A stretch of 64,000 nt of DNA from Selaginella moellendorffii (Eukaryota; Plantae; Lycopodiophyta), in assembly GCF_000143415.4 (NCBI RefSeq), contig NW_003314365.1:74708-138707 (forward strand), read 5' to 3'. Under the pieces are notes generated by a model that made no database searches, was not told the DNA's origin, and saw only the letters and a list, made by a program, of their open reading frames with translations. A program made the translations under genes and the position numbers. Positions 22,169 through 35,334 of the stretch are shown here, piece after piece. Positions within the stretch are counted from its first letter, which is position 1, and each line of letters begins with the position of its first letter.

Positions 22169-22995
22169 CGGACACTAATTGCTTCTTAACGATATCATAC
22201 CTTCACCATAACGGCGCAAGCTCTCGCTCATTTCTAAGCATCCTTTCTAAACCTGTGGGAACGTTTTATAAGGCTGTCATCCTTTCTGCGGTTGTCAAGC
22301 TCAAGAAAGAAACCATTATGGAATGAACATTTCACCACTGAATCCCTGGGATAACCTACCTTTTCTTCTTTTGAGAAACAAGGTTTCCCTAACGACTGAA
22401 TGTCCGAAGATGGCTTGTTTGAGCATTGAAGATTAAATTGATCCAGGCACGCTCTTGATTAGCAGCAAAGTTAAGAGTACAAGGCTGGAGGTACTTGTCT
22501 GTTCTTTCAAATCCTGGGGAGCTTGAGATTTCATCAAGGGGCTTTCTTGTCGTGTTCTATCCAAGTTTGATGCTTGTTCCTAGCAGCAACAGGAAAAAAT
22601 CCATGAAATTTCAAGTCACACCCTGTGTGAAGAAGAGGGGGCAATGCATGGAAAGTACTCGGGGAAAAGGTGACTGTCCACAACAAGAGTATTTAGAGCA
22701 AAAAGGGCGAAAGATGAACTGTGGGAAAGCAATGCTTTCACTGCAACGTATATCCCTTGTGCCCTGCTGATCAATCCAAAAGCCACAACACTGGTGGTAG
22801 TGCAGCAGCTCCTCCGTCCCACGTTTAAATTCTACAAGCTCTTGCCAGGTGCAAGGTTCCATGGCCGTTTGCGACAAGAGAAATGCTGGTCACGTCTTTC
22901 GAACTGGAGCTACCTGAATTGGATGCCGTGGTTGGCTGCTTGCGAACAGTTAAGCTATCAATCACTGTGCCTCTTTTGTTATTTTATTCACTCCA

Positions 22996-23507
22996 ATGGT
23001 GGTGATTTGCCAGGTCCCCCAGGAAGCAGAGACTATCGTCAAGGAGACCATCCATGGTTTTAATGCTTCTCATTTGCCTCCTCCAAAAGAGGGCGTCATT
23101 CGCATGGAAGCCAACGGTGGATTCATCCTCCAGAAGATTAGCGACGAGAAATGCTACATAAGGTACGCTATTAGTTTTTTTTTTTTTTTTGTTTTCTTCT
23201 TAAGATAGTCACTACTACTTTTACAGAGCAGTAATACACCTGGACCTTAAGCTCGACCTTGTTCCGACATGGGTGATTAACTTCCTTGGGCGTCAAGTTG
23301 TGGGACACGGCTTCAGGCTATACCTCAAGGTATATTTCTTTCCTTTTGGGGTGAAAAATGTCTAAACTTTGTGTGTTACAACAGACTGTTTCTTCTGTTA
23401 AAGAGAGCAAAGTGTTTCAAGAATGCATCAGGCAACAGCCACTCTACAGCCGCATAACGTTACAGATGCTACCAAAATCGAGCCACGAAAATGGATACAA
23501 GAGTTGA
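22996..23507 (+). pseudogene. START/SRPBCC-like 3' gene fragment, copy 2
   Basis: Same exons and splice sites as 2818-3329. Confidence 0.7.
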
Positions 23508-26378
23508 GGTGCTTTTCATAGGAACTATTCATAAGCTTCCTGCACAAGAGCATTTACATTTATAAACAATTTATAAACAAAGAGGAGCTTGAGGCCCACC
23601 GATACTCCTGAAAAGTCCGAACTTATTCATGAGACATATGCAAGGTGGGTTTTATAAGATTTCTGTTGTTTTGCATGTCTAGAAAAATCTGCTGCAGTCA
23701 AGCTCAAGAAAGAAACCATTCTCTTCTCGATGGAATGAAACTCTCACTTGCTCCATGCTCTGGCGAGGCCATGGCAAACAAAATGGGTGCACTCTTCGTC
23801 TCAATCTGACAAGCAGCTGATGCAAAGGCTACTTTTGAGAAACAAAGCGTAAGTATGCTGCAACAAGAACCAGCAACAGCCGTTTAAGGTATTGTCGTGG
23901 AAGATGGCTTGCCTAAGCTCGAGTTTGATTTGATCCCGGCACCATGGTCCCGGGAATCTATTCTTCACTTGGTTGTCAAAGCTTGGAGGTCCATAGGTTT
24001 GGATCCTTTCAAATCCTCGGGGCGTGAGACTCTGGAGCTCCAAGTTTTGATGCCTTCTCTTGGCAATAATATAATATATTGCTCTGAAACCGTGAAAGCT
24101 TACTCACCCGCAAACAAAACTCCAGGGTTGCACCAGACATCCAATAAACCTGTGAGAGCCTTGACCAAGCTCAAACTCAATCAGCTCAGAGCAAGCTTTC
24201 TCAAAAGTTTCCAAAGAGCAGATGGCATAACACAAAAAACGTATACCAGGTCACCAACTCATCTCATCACAAGTTGCGTTGTGGTCACTCCACGCCTTGG
24301 ATGTTGATGAACTACAGGCCTCCATTTTATCTTGGAAAATGCTCGAGGCCAAAGGGTGGCGAAGATGAGGAATGAAGCGATCTGGACTGGACAAGAGTAT
24401 AAGCAAAATGAGCACGAGAAGAACCACACATACCGCGGAAAAGCAGTGCTTGTGCTTGTGAGCCTAGTTTGAAGATGTCCGAGACTGAGAAGAAAGACCA
24501 TGCTGCTCGACTCATAGAGCACGCCCGGCAGCAGCACACCGCCCGGGTAAAGAGCCCCCTGGATCGAAAATGTGCAGCAGTAGCGTATAATGGCAATGGC
24601 GGTGGTTTTCCATGGCATCGTTCTTGAGCCTTGACGAGGAGGTGCCATCCAGCGAAGATTTGCAGGAAGGAGGAGCGATCTCGAGCGGTGGGCGCCTGGG
24701 CGAGAATGCGGTGAGCACAGATCTGGGAGGGGGAAGGCGCATCCACGAGGAAAATCGTCTCCAGCGGCCTCGAGGTTCCTTGCTAATCTGGTCATAGAAA
24801 GGTATGGAAAGTGCGGGCGCTGGAAATCTTCCAGAAGATGAAAGATCGAGGTTCTTTCTCGTGGAAGATTGCGATCGCGGCATTTGCCCTTGTTACTCTT
24901 TTTCGAGCATCCAGTTATTTCCCTTGGCAGCTATCAATGCCGATCCGCGCGCTAATCATCGCCGCGTTACGGTGCTCCGTTGGCGAGCATGCCATCGCCG
25001 AGATCTTCTTCTGCCAAGAACTGGACAGACACTTGCATCGGGTGGAACCAGGGCATTGCCGTGTGAGCTCGAGACTGGCATCCCAGCCTGATCGGCGCCA
25101 CATCCCAATCGAATCGCCGCCCCAAGCTCCAATTACTACAACGACAAGCCAAAGATGGTGACGGTGTTATTGTCTCAGCTCCAGGATTGCGAGGAGATCA
25201 GACAGCAGGGGTATGGCGTCCTCCAAAGGCCGTGGTTGATTTACCCTCCAGCAGTAGTCTTTCAACCAGGCCTGGAGCGGGGCCTTCTGCCAACTTAAGT
25301 CGAGGTTCCTGGTGTTTCTCACCTGGATCTCTGCCACATCGCCATTGATAGCTGCAAGAATTCGATCGACGAGCATTTGCTGGGCAAATGCGTTCCAGAA
25401 GAAAACATTTCCATCTTCCATTTTGTGGAGGACACCCAAGGCATCCGCGGCGCGCCCGCACTTTCCATACATTTCCATGACGAAATTCGCAAGGAATCTA
25501 TGACGATCAGAGCAGCGTCTCCTCCTCGTCGTCAAGAACAATGCGATGGAACCATTCGTTAACTACAGGTAAGCTTCGTCAAAATAGCAAATGTCGCAAG
25601 GACAGCGATAGCAGAGGTGACGCTGCCACCATTGGGCGACCTGGATAACAATACGCTGCTCTGCACTTTTGCTCGCATTCCAACAAGGAAGTTCTTCACC
25701 CGAGCAGTGCTTGTCTGCTGCGCTTGGCTGGATGATCCGGTCTGGCTCAAACCAAGACAAGCCTTCAAACAATACCTCGCAAAGCAAGCATCACAAGCAT
25801 TGCTTTTGTGATTTAAAGCGGTATGTATATACTCTTGTCCAGATTGCTCAAGAACGCAGAAGAGACTGTCTTGAGCTTCATTCCTCACCTTTGCCACCTT
25901 TCGATTTTCGCCAAGCGATGTGAAGAGGTGTGAAAACTCCTCTTCACTGGAAATCTGCTCGATCTCCAAGGGCAGAGAAGAAGCACGAGAAAAAGAATGC
26001 TGTGTATTGATAAGAAAAACGATGGAATGGAGATAGGTATCCACAATTCAGATTCCAGTTCTAATTGCTAGCATATACTATATGCTGTGCATGATTTAAT
26101 CTATGGCTTCGATGCAGCCCTGGGTTCAAAGTTGGAGTCCCTTGAGCCTGGGTTTTTGGTTGATACACTCTGCTCCCCTGACAGAACTAGACACCGTCCT
26201 CGGTGCGAACATAGTCAATTTCCATCGCTTGTTGTTGTTGCTGCTCAAGTCGATAGAGGCGATGTTTTTGCTGCGGGAGTGTAAGCTCGTGGTTAGGGAC
26301 ACTGTCTGGTGGATCTGTCCCATCTTCCTGGAGGTCGGCTACCTCAGCCAGTAGGGCGGTATGATCATCCTCGAGCTT

Positions 26379-26774
26379 TCAGTAGTGGGTGTTGAGCTTT
26401 TCGTATTTGAATTTGTAGGTGAATTTGTGAGCTGCTGATGGGGTTGATGGCTGCTTGGAGACGATCTTCCTGATGTCTTGGAGGTCAGTGCAGATCTGCT
26501 TCATCTCTTTGAGCTGAGCATCCAGCTGTTGGTTTAAAGGCTCATAGAATTCCTTCTTGATCGCTCCCCGGGTGTATATGAAGGAGTCTTGCTTGAGAAG
26601 ATGCTGTGCAATGTCAACTCGTGTTGGGAAGTAGTTTGCTTGCTCGCGGTGCATGCGTTGATCGAGGGCTTCAAACAACTTGCGGGTGTAGTAGCTTGGG
26701 TCACAAAGTTTATCTTCGTACTCCTTCCTGATCTCGTCATAATCATGGCCTACCTGACTCTGTGGCTGAGGCAT
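26379..26774 (-). CDS. Terminal extra ORF of the element, unknown coiled-coil-like protein
   Basis: 131-aa open frame next to the PPT. Homologous pieces in all four copies. Confidence 0.4.
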   Translation of the reverse strand: MPQPQSQVGHDYDEIRKEYEDKLCDPSYYTRKLFEALDQRMHREQANYFPTRVDIAQHLLKQDSFIYTRGAIKKEFYEPLNQQLDAQLKEMKQICTDLQDIRKIVSKQPSTPSAAHKFTYKFKYEKLNTHY

Positions 26775-27314
26775 AGCTGCTGCTCCTACTCCTGCTCCAT
26801 GATCCTGGTGTTTCTCGCTGTGTTCTTGGTCCCGGGAGTTGAGTTTGCTTTGTTGGATATGGGTGACGTGGTCGGGCCAGATTCTTTGAGGTGGTTGGAG
26901 ATGAGCTTTTCAGTTTGATGGTGGATGAACGGCCCAGATGTGGCACTGAAATTAATTTATCCATTCGGAAATTTTTCGCTTGGAATTTTGTTGAAGGGGC
27001 GGAATTTTTGTGAATGCTGGTCGTGGTATTTGCTGGAGGAGGCATGGTTGTGTGTTCTTCAAGTGATTGGTGAAGGTAGTCAATGTTTTCTTTTGTGGAA
27101 CGTGTTGAGGAGGTCGAGGCGTTGAGAATGTTGTTCTCAGCTGGTGGAGAAATTGAGTTCAGGGCAAGCAGCTGACGTTTCCCTTTGGCGATGTTGATGT
27201 GTTTGTGAGAAATTGTCGGTTTTGGGGCTGATTCGAGTGGATGCAGGCTCTGGGGTGAGTGTGGATGGTGGTGTGAGTTATCTTCATTGTCGCTGATGAT
27301 GAGGTGCTCTCAAA

Positions 27315-28121
27315 TCAGCGGTGGCGGCAAAGTGGAGTTGAATTGTTGGAGTGTTTGTTGCTAGAGCTAGTGTTGTTGGAGTGAGTTGAGCCTGATTGTT
27401 GAGATGTTGGCTTCGGTTTCTTGCTGGGAGTTGCTCCTTCTGATTCTGACTGGTCTTTGGAGCTGTCACTTTGTTCTGTGGAGTTCATTTGGGTTGTCCA
27501 CGGTTGTTTGTTGGGAAGAGCTTGGTGTAGAGCGATCAGCAGTGGGAATATTACTGTCCGCATGGTCTTTTTGTTGAGTGTGGCAAGGATGGCGCGGTCG
27601 AGAAGCTTGAGAAGGAGCTCATGGAGATGATGAGCCACGTTCACACGTTTGCCGTCAAGTAGAGCTCTGTAGACTTCTACTCTGCACTTGCCAATGGTGC
27701 GATCTATTGGGCAAAGTTCGTAGTAGAGAAGGAGGGCTTTGAGGCAATCCATATGCTGCTCCTCGATGTCCTCCCATGTGAGTTCACTGGTAATTTCTCG
27801 ATTGGCCTTGATGATTTGCTGTGGAACTTCTCCTGAAAATTTGAGTAGTCCCTTGTTGGAGATTTTGAAAACGGAGGCGATTCTTGCTGGGCTGAGGGTG
27901 ATTTCGTTGGTGCCATCGGTTATGGTGCCGTTCTTGGGGTTGAAGGAGGCAGCCAGCTTCCTCGCTAGTTTTTGATCAAGGTGTGTTGAAAAGGCCTTGT
28001 GGAGGAGCTCGAATCTATGGCCCTTGAGCCAGGTGGTTGTGTCATTGCTGGGAAGCCTAGGAATATGGTGTATGACGTATCTGAGGCGTCGGGGTGGATG
28101 AGCTGGCATCTTTCTCTTCAT
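27315..28121 (-). CDS. Extra ORF downstream of pol, copy 2
   Basis: 268 aa, ATG start MKRKM, homologous to 9959-10975. Confidence 0.5.
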   Translation of the reverse strand: MKRKMPAHPPRRLRYVIHHIPRLPSNDTTTWLKGHRFELLHKAFSTHLDQKLARKLAASFNPKNGTITDGTNEITLSPARIASVFKISNKGLLKFSGEVPQQIIKANREITSELTWEDIEEQHMDCLKALLLYYELCPIDRTIGKCRVEVYRALLDGKRVNVAHHLHELLLKLLDRAILATLNKKTMRTVIFPLLIALHQALPNKQPWTTQMNSTEQSDSSKDQSESEGATPSKKPKPTSQQSGSTHSNNTSSSNKHSNNSTPLCRHR

Positions 28122-28494
28122 TTTCTGTGGTCAAAGTGCTCTCCCCGTTAGGGTTCTTGAAACCTGTAACTGTTGGTTGGCTGATTGTGTGGCACTCGAT
28201 TGTTGGTGATGAATGGTAGAGATTTGTTGACGGAATTGATGTGGTTTGATTTGGCTTGATTGCAGATCAATGGTGGATATTGCTGATGAAGTTAACTCAA
28301 GTTCAACTATTGATATTTGCTCAGGTGGCGTTGATCCAACAGTAGCTTGGGACTTAGAGATTTTTGCTGCTGTTTATTGCTGAAGTTGGTGGATGAGTTC
28401 GTGTTGAGTTGAGTTGAGTTGAGTTGTGTCGAACTGATTTGAGTTAAAGTTTGTCTGCTGGGGTGAGTGTCGATTGTTGGTCTTGGGGTGTTTG

Positions 28495-31400
28495 TCAGTT
28501 TGGGTCGGAAATTTGCTGAGGTGCTGATGCTGAATATGTCGACGTGATATGGTCGAAGCTTGTTGAGGTTGACGATCTCAATGAAGTCTTCAGCAAGTGT
28601 GCTGACTTTGGCGGTGCCGTTGGGGTATAGTTCAATGATTTTGAAAGGTCCTTGCCATTTGGTGTTGAGTTTTCGGCCAAGTTTGCCGATGGGTCCTCAG
28701 TATCAGAGAACATGATCGTCGACATTGTATTTGGGAATGTTATACCGGGATGCTTGTCAGTCATGCCGAGCTTTTCTCTGTTTTTGGATGGCGTGAAGTG
28801 TCCAGAGGGCGTTGAGTCGGAGTTCGTCGAGATGTTCGAGTTGCTGAAGCCTTTCTCGAACTGCATGTTGCTGTTGCTTTCGCTGTGGCATGTCGGAGAG
28901 GTATTGCTTCGGCCCACTTGGTAGTGTAATCGGTGGTGATGATGATGTACTGATTTCGTTGACGGGTGCTGACTTGGGGTCCGATGAAGTCGAGTCCCCA
29001 TTTCTGAAATGGTGCCATTGGGAATGTTGGGTTGAGTTGTTGAGTCTGAGTTTTTTGGCAGTAATCGGTGTTGGTTGACAGTATGTAGTGTCGGAACTTT
29101 TGAAGTGAGTAGATCATGCCAAGAGCTTCTTTCTTGGTGGTGGTGTAATTTCATTCAGCTGGGTTAAGTAGTCAGCTGGCATAGTAGATTGGTTGATCTC
29201 GGTTGTTGTGTTGAATTTGGCTGAGAATTGCACTAGTGACAATGTCGGAAGTGTCGACATGAATGTGGAACTCTTGTGTCCAATTGGGCTTGGAAAGGAT
29301 TGATGCTGTTGTTAGTTTGAGTCGGAGATTGTCGAATGCTTGTTGCTGTTCAAATGTCCATGTCCATTGGGCATCTTGCTTCAATCCATTGGTGAGTGGT
29401 TTGGCAATGTGAGGGTACTTGTGGATGAATCGTCGGTGATATCCGACTTTGCCGAGGAAGCGCTGAAGTTCTTTGTCGGGGTTGAGTGCTATGTCTTTGT
29501 TCTCCTCGCACTTGTTGAGGCATTTCTCCAGGCATTCAAGATGTCGATCTTCTGAGCTGAAAACGCTGAAGTTGTCCATGAAGACTCTCATGAAGTCGGT
29601 GAGGTATTCTCGGAAAGTGTTGGTGACGAGCCTTTGGAAGGTGAATGGGGCATTGTAGAGTCCAAAAGGCATTCGTCGGTAAGCATAGGCTCCCCATGGA
29701 CTGATGAATGCTGTCTTGTGCTGATCTTCTTCGGCAATATAAATTTGGTTGTAGCCAGAGAAACCATCGAGGAAGGAGTACATCTTGTGTCTGGCAACTA
29801 CGTCAAGAACTTCATTGGTAAACGGTATCGGGAAAACATCTTTTTTAGTGGCGTCGTTGAGCTGTTTATAATTGACGCAGATTCGAAGTTTGCCATTTTT
29901 CTTCGGCACAACCACCAATGGTGAAAGCCATATCAGATTCTGAATCGGGTATATGTACTCGACTTGGAGAAGCTTGTCGAGTTCTTTCTTTACTTGTTCC
30001 ATCAGATTCGGATTCATCCGGTAGGCTGCTTGTCTTCTTGGTTTTGAGTATGGAAGAAGGGTGATGGTGTGAAGGCTGAGTTTTGGCGAAATTCCCTTAA
30101 GCTCTCGATAACTCCAAGCGAACAAGTGTTTCTTCTTTTGGAGAAGATTGATGCCTTTGTCTTGAAAACTTGCCGAGATGTCAGTGGCGAGTACAATGTA
30201 GTGTTTGTTGCCGTCATCGGCATGGCTGAATTTTTTGAGTTTTTGGTCGGCTGGAATTGACGGAATGTAGGCAACTTTGTTGTGGTTGTCAACTGTGAAT
30301 GCCAGTGGCACTTCAAGTTTTGTATCTCGAGTGACTGGATTTTTCAGTGCTGATGTAATCGGGGGTCATTCTCATTGGAAGTCGGCGACAATTCAGAAGA
30401 GGTCAATCTCGGCCAAAGGTTTGAGATCGGGGTAGGCTTTGAGAATTTGTTGTTCTTCATTGTCGTCGAGGCCATCTTCGAGATTATATTCTTCCAAGTC
30501 AATAGGTCGGTTGTGGCTAGACAGTGATTTGGTCGCTTTTGTCAACACAGTTGTCGGTCTGTCTGGTCTGCGAAGGATAAGATTGTCATTGGGCCAATCT
30601 TGATAAACTTGGGTAGTTCGGAGCCAAGGTCAACCGAGGAAAACTGAGTATCCATTGGTCTGCTCTGGTAGTTTGAGGACGACATAGTTGACTGGTATTT
30701 CGACGCCTTGAATGGTGGGGTTGACTTTTTGGATGATGCCTTTGGGTTGAATAGATTGGTGGTTGGCCATTCGGACATTGAAAGGTGCTGGGTGGACTGG
30801 GCCGATGTTGAGTTGTTAAACAAGACCTTCTTCATAATATTAACGCTGGAGCCACCATCAATTATGGCTCCTCGAACAAGGTGTTTGTCGAGTCGTAGGT
30901 CAATTGTCAGAACATCATTGTCACAATCGCCTGGTTGAATCTCGGTTCGAAATGTGTCAACAGCTGTCTGTGTCGAGTTGAGTGTGGGCGAGTCTGTCAA
31001 AGTGTTGGTCTATGCAGATGTTAGATCGGTGAGCTGTTTGGTGAGGTAGGGTGCAATCTTCAGCAGTTGGCCGATGGTGATCTGAATATTTTGGTTGAGG
31101 ATAGTCTCTGCTACTTCTTGGATTTTGTCGAAGTTTGCCGAATTGTGTTCTGGTGTCAATGTCGATGTTGGACGATTTGTCTGTCGGTTTTCTGGTACTG
31201 AGTCTTGGCATTGTTGTCGAGCTGGTGATGGTTGAGCTTCATTGTCGGAGTCTAAAATCACTAATTCGGGTGGTTGTAGAGCAAGTTGCCGTTGTATCTT
31301 GGCAGCTAACTTTTGCTTCTTTTCCCATTCCCGGAGTTTTGTTGGGCTCTCAAGGCCTTTCTCTTTACTATCTCCGGAATCTCTATCTGGTTGTTGTTGT

Positions 31401-34400
31401 TTTTCTGCTCGAATTTGTGCTCGGGTTTGTACTGCCATGACTTGAGGATCTGAGTCATCATTGTCGGCATAAGGTAGTTCGTCGGTCTCAACCATCCTTG
31501 TTGTTGGTGGTTGCTGCTGTTTTTGATCTTGTTGTCGAGGAGGCGGTCGACCAAGTCTCGGCGGACCGCCTTGGTTTTGAAGTCGAGGTTGCCATGCTCG
31601 GTTGTTACAGTTGCCTTGGTAGCCATGGTCTTGATAACCTTGGCCTTGGTATCTTCGGTTTTAGTATCTTGGGTATTGTTGGTATCCTTGGTTGTAGTTG
31701 TCTCGGTTTGCTGGGTAGTTCTAGTTCGGCGGGTGTTGTTGATCATTGTAGTTGTTGTTGTAGTTGTTGTTGTAATTGTTGTAATTGTTGTAGCGAGGTT
31801 GATCATTCCATTGTCGACTCTGGTGTTGGAAGTTGTTTCTCAGCAGTCTCCAGTTTGTCGGAGGTGGTGGCTGGTAATTGTTGAAGTATTGATTTGGATA
31901 TGGTTTTTGAAATTGCTGTCGGGGATAGTTCGAGACTTGTCAAACTTCTGGAGAATTTCAAAATCTGCAAGTTTTGGCATCATGACCTTCTTTGGTACAG
32001 ATCTGGCATTTGGAGATTTGGAGCTTGTAGTCACTTGCCAGATGTCCTTCGTTCTTGCACTTAGTACACCAAATTCTAGATCGAAATTCTTTGATGTCGG
32101 CCTTGGCTTTTCCCTTGAGCTTGTCGATTGTTTTCTTGAGTTTCCGAAGTTTTGACTTGGTGCTCTCTCCGAGTTCATCTCGGAGTTGTTGTCCGAACTG
32201 CTATCAGAATCTGAGTTATCTGTGTCATCTACTTGTGCTGTCATTCGTCAAGCTTGAACATCTTGATGGGCTCTTGTGAGTTCGAGATAAGTGGCAACGT
32301 TGATGTGCATTGCTGCTTCTCAGAGGGATCGTTGGAGTCCTTGCATGTACCATTGGTAAAGTAATGTTTCGGTGGCACTGTTGCCTCATTTGCTAGCATG
32401 TTGAGTGAAGGTTTGAGTGTAGTTGTTGATGGATTGACCAGACTTCTACTTGAGTTTTTGGATCTTGTGATTGAGTGAGGGAAGACTTGAATTGGTCTAC
32501 AAGCTTGAGTGCGAGGTCGTTGAAACTTGTATTTTGAGGAAGCGTTTGAGCCCATTTGTTGGCTCTCTTTCGAAAGGGTACATCAGAAATAGTATGGAAG
32601 TTCAGTCGTCTGGCTGTTGATTTGGATTGCTTCTCGGAACTGTTCAACATGTTTCTTGGCATCTTCTGACTTCAGACCATGAAATAGTGGATAAGAGACG
32701 TGTCTTCCGATAGGTATGTTGGCGACGGCGGTAGTGACTGCCATTTGCTGTTGGTAGTAATGTTGGTATTGTCGAGGTTGTTTTGTCAGGTTGTCACCAT
32801 GGAGTCCTAAGGTGATTTGTAGCAAGGGGTTGTCGAGGTCAATAGCAAAGTTGGTGTAAGAAGAAGGTGGTGAATTGTTGTTGTTATTTAGTGGACTCTT
32901 CTCTGTTTTTTCTTCTATGTTGGGACTGTTTTTGGGTGTGTCATTGACGTCGTCGTCAGTGTCGGGTTGCTTGCCGGTGTTGATTTTTGGAAGATGGTGC
33001 TCAAACTTGTTGTCGACGTATTTGTCAAAGTTATGTTGTCTTGGTTGTGGTTGTTCTTCTAAATTGTCAAAGAGTTCTTCGAATGTATAGTTGTGTGGTG
33101 ATTGTGGTTGCTGTGGAAGATTGTTGTCGTCGACGATTGGTTCGTCGATCTCGTTGTTGTTGGATGATTGGAGCTGTTCGGCAGTTCGGTGTGAGTTGTT
33201 GACGTCGAATGCTTGACTATTGGATGATTCAGGTTGTTCATCTTTACTGCTGTTGACTGGGTATATCGGAGTGTGACTGTAATTGGTGAAGTCAAGTTGT
33301 TGTCTCGTCAGAGCGTTGAAGTTGAAAGCGTGTTCGAAAGGTCTTGCTAATAGTGGGCTTCAGTAGATGTTGGAAGCAAATGTGGGATATATTGGTGTTG
33401 TGAATATCAGTCAGTATGGCAAAAATGGTGCTGGTCTGGTGAAGTCTGTGAAGCTGGGCAGGAAACTTGGTCGTTCGTCATCACTGTAGATGGGGTTGGT
33501 GAATGTACCTTTGAAGTGGTTGTATGCTGCTTGAAAAATGTTTTGTTGCTCGGGTGTAGTCTGTGTCGACTGCTCAAATGTTCGGTCGGGCTCAGGCACT
33601 TTGGTGGGTGCCGTCGAGGGTGTTGATTTAGGCTCGGGCACTTTGGTGGGTGCCATTGAGGGTGCTGCCAATGGTGTGTCCGGTGGTGTTGTGTAGTTGT
33701 CGTATTCTTCACAGATGTCCAATACTGGTTTGTTGGAGTTAGCTCGCGGTAATAATTTGTGTCGGATGTAATTCTATCTCTTGGAGGGTCTAACAATTTG
33801 ATTCAACTTCTCTTAGTCTTTCTTTCTCTTTGTTTCTAAATTCTTCAAATCTCTATCTAAACTTCATATAAGCCGTTGTCGGTCTTCTTCCAACTTGCTG
33901 GATGTTCTTCGTGGTTTTGGATACATGCATTCTTCTACTGGTTGTCGGTGTCAGATTCGTGTCTGCAGTCAATCATGCAGTTCGGGTAGAACTTCGGGAA
34001 GACTGTCGGCAGGCCAATTGTCGATAAAGTTGTTGTGAGGTTGTTATTTCTTTTCTGTGCAAATATTGACGGTGGTGCGTGTTGGGTTGGGTTGTGTTCA
34101 GCCGAGTTGTGTTGGGTCGAGTGTGCTAGTGCAGTATGCAGATTGGTCTTCCACTTGTTGGTGCCGAGATGGAGTTTGATGAAGAGTTTCAGATATTTGG
34201 GTTTGTCTGGAATGATTTCTTCGATAATGTCGTCGAGTTGTTCGAGTCCGGATTGGGCGATGGCGTGATTGGCGAGAGTTGTTGCAGTGAACGTGTTGAT
34301 TTTGAACCGAGTTCGGACTGTTGTTTTGGTGCTGAGCTGCTGACTCTATCGGAGGGGTTGTCGAAAAATTGGTGGTGCGTTGTCAAGTTGTCCCTCGACA

Positions 34401-34854
34401 AGTTCTCTGATACCGGGTAATAGAGTGATGGGTTCGTCATTGGTGTAGGTTCTGAGGATGTGCTTTGGTATTTGGAGTGGACGCAGGAATTGGAATTGTG
34501 TCGGAGCACTAGGATTGCTGGGTCGACGACTGCACAGAAGATGAGTTCGTTTCAGCAGTGGTGTCGGTTTGTGTCGAGCGGGCTGGTTGAGGTCTCGAGC
34601 TTGGAGTGGGTGGTCTTGTGCTCAGAGATGGAGTTCGCCAATGAAGCTGTTGAGGGTGTCCGCTGATGAAGGTGCTGGTAGATTGGAGTTTCTTGTCAAA
34701 GAGGGCTGTTGGTGGCCTTTGTTGGTGATTGGACTCGGAGATTGAGAGAGAGAGAGCTTTCAGATTCTGCAAAGATCTCCTCTGAGAAGGGTCTGCCTCT
34801 ACTGCTTTGGGCGGCGATCGCTTGGACGCCGTTGATCCATATTGGTGGTGGCAT
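28495..34854 (-). pseudogene. gag-pol of copy 2 (disrupted)
   Basis: RT/RH ORF 29172-30311 (FMDN instead of FMDD), PR IIDGGS at ~30850, gag at ~32600-32800. Confidence 0.9.
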
Positions 34855-35334
34855 TTGTTTGTTGAATTTGGGCGAATTGGGTGGTGAATTGGGTAGCAAA
34901 TTGGGTGGCAAATTGGGTAGCGAATTTTGGCGAGTTGGGTAGATTGCTTGATTGTTCTTGCTATCTGCACACAAAGAATGGAGAAAGAATTGAAGAATTT
35001 CTGAACCTAAAGGGGAATTCAAAAGCCGTGGTTGCCAAATGAAGAGGTGTGAAAACTCCTCTTGGCTGGAAATCTATTGTTAGTAAGAAAACAAAAGAGA
35101 AAAAAGCCCAATCTCCAAGGGCAGAGAAGAAGCACGAATAAAAGAATGCTATGTATTAATAAGAAAAATGATGGAATGGAGATAGGGATTCACAATTCGG
35201 ATTCCCCCTTTTGAAAGGCTAGCGGTTCTAACTGCTAGCATATACTATATGCTGTGCATGATTTAATCTATGGCTCCGATGCAGCCCTAGGTTCAAAGTC
35301 GGAGTCCCCTGAGCCTGGGTTTTTGGATAATACA

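Larger units (their letters stand above)
19517..25920. repeat. Host repeat unit 2 (B-type left part, A-type right part)
   Basis: Same fragment order as unit 1, plus a ~650-bp segment (21410-22065) that unit 1 lacks. Confidence 0.95.
25921..35334 (-). mobile_element. Ty3/Gypsy LTR retrotransposon copy 2
   Basis: LTRs 25921-26167 (two internal deletions) and 35040-35334. Perfect TSD CGATG. No nested insertions. Confidence 0.95.
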
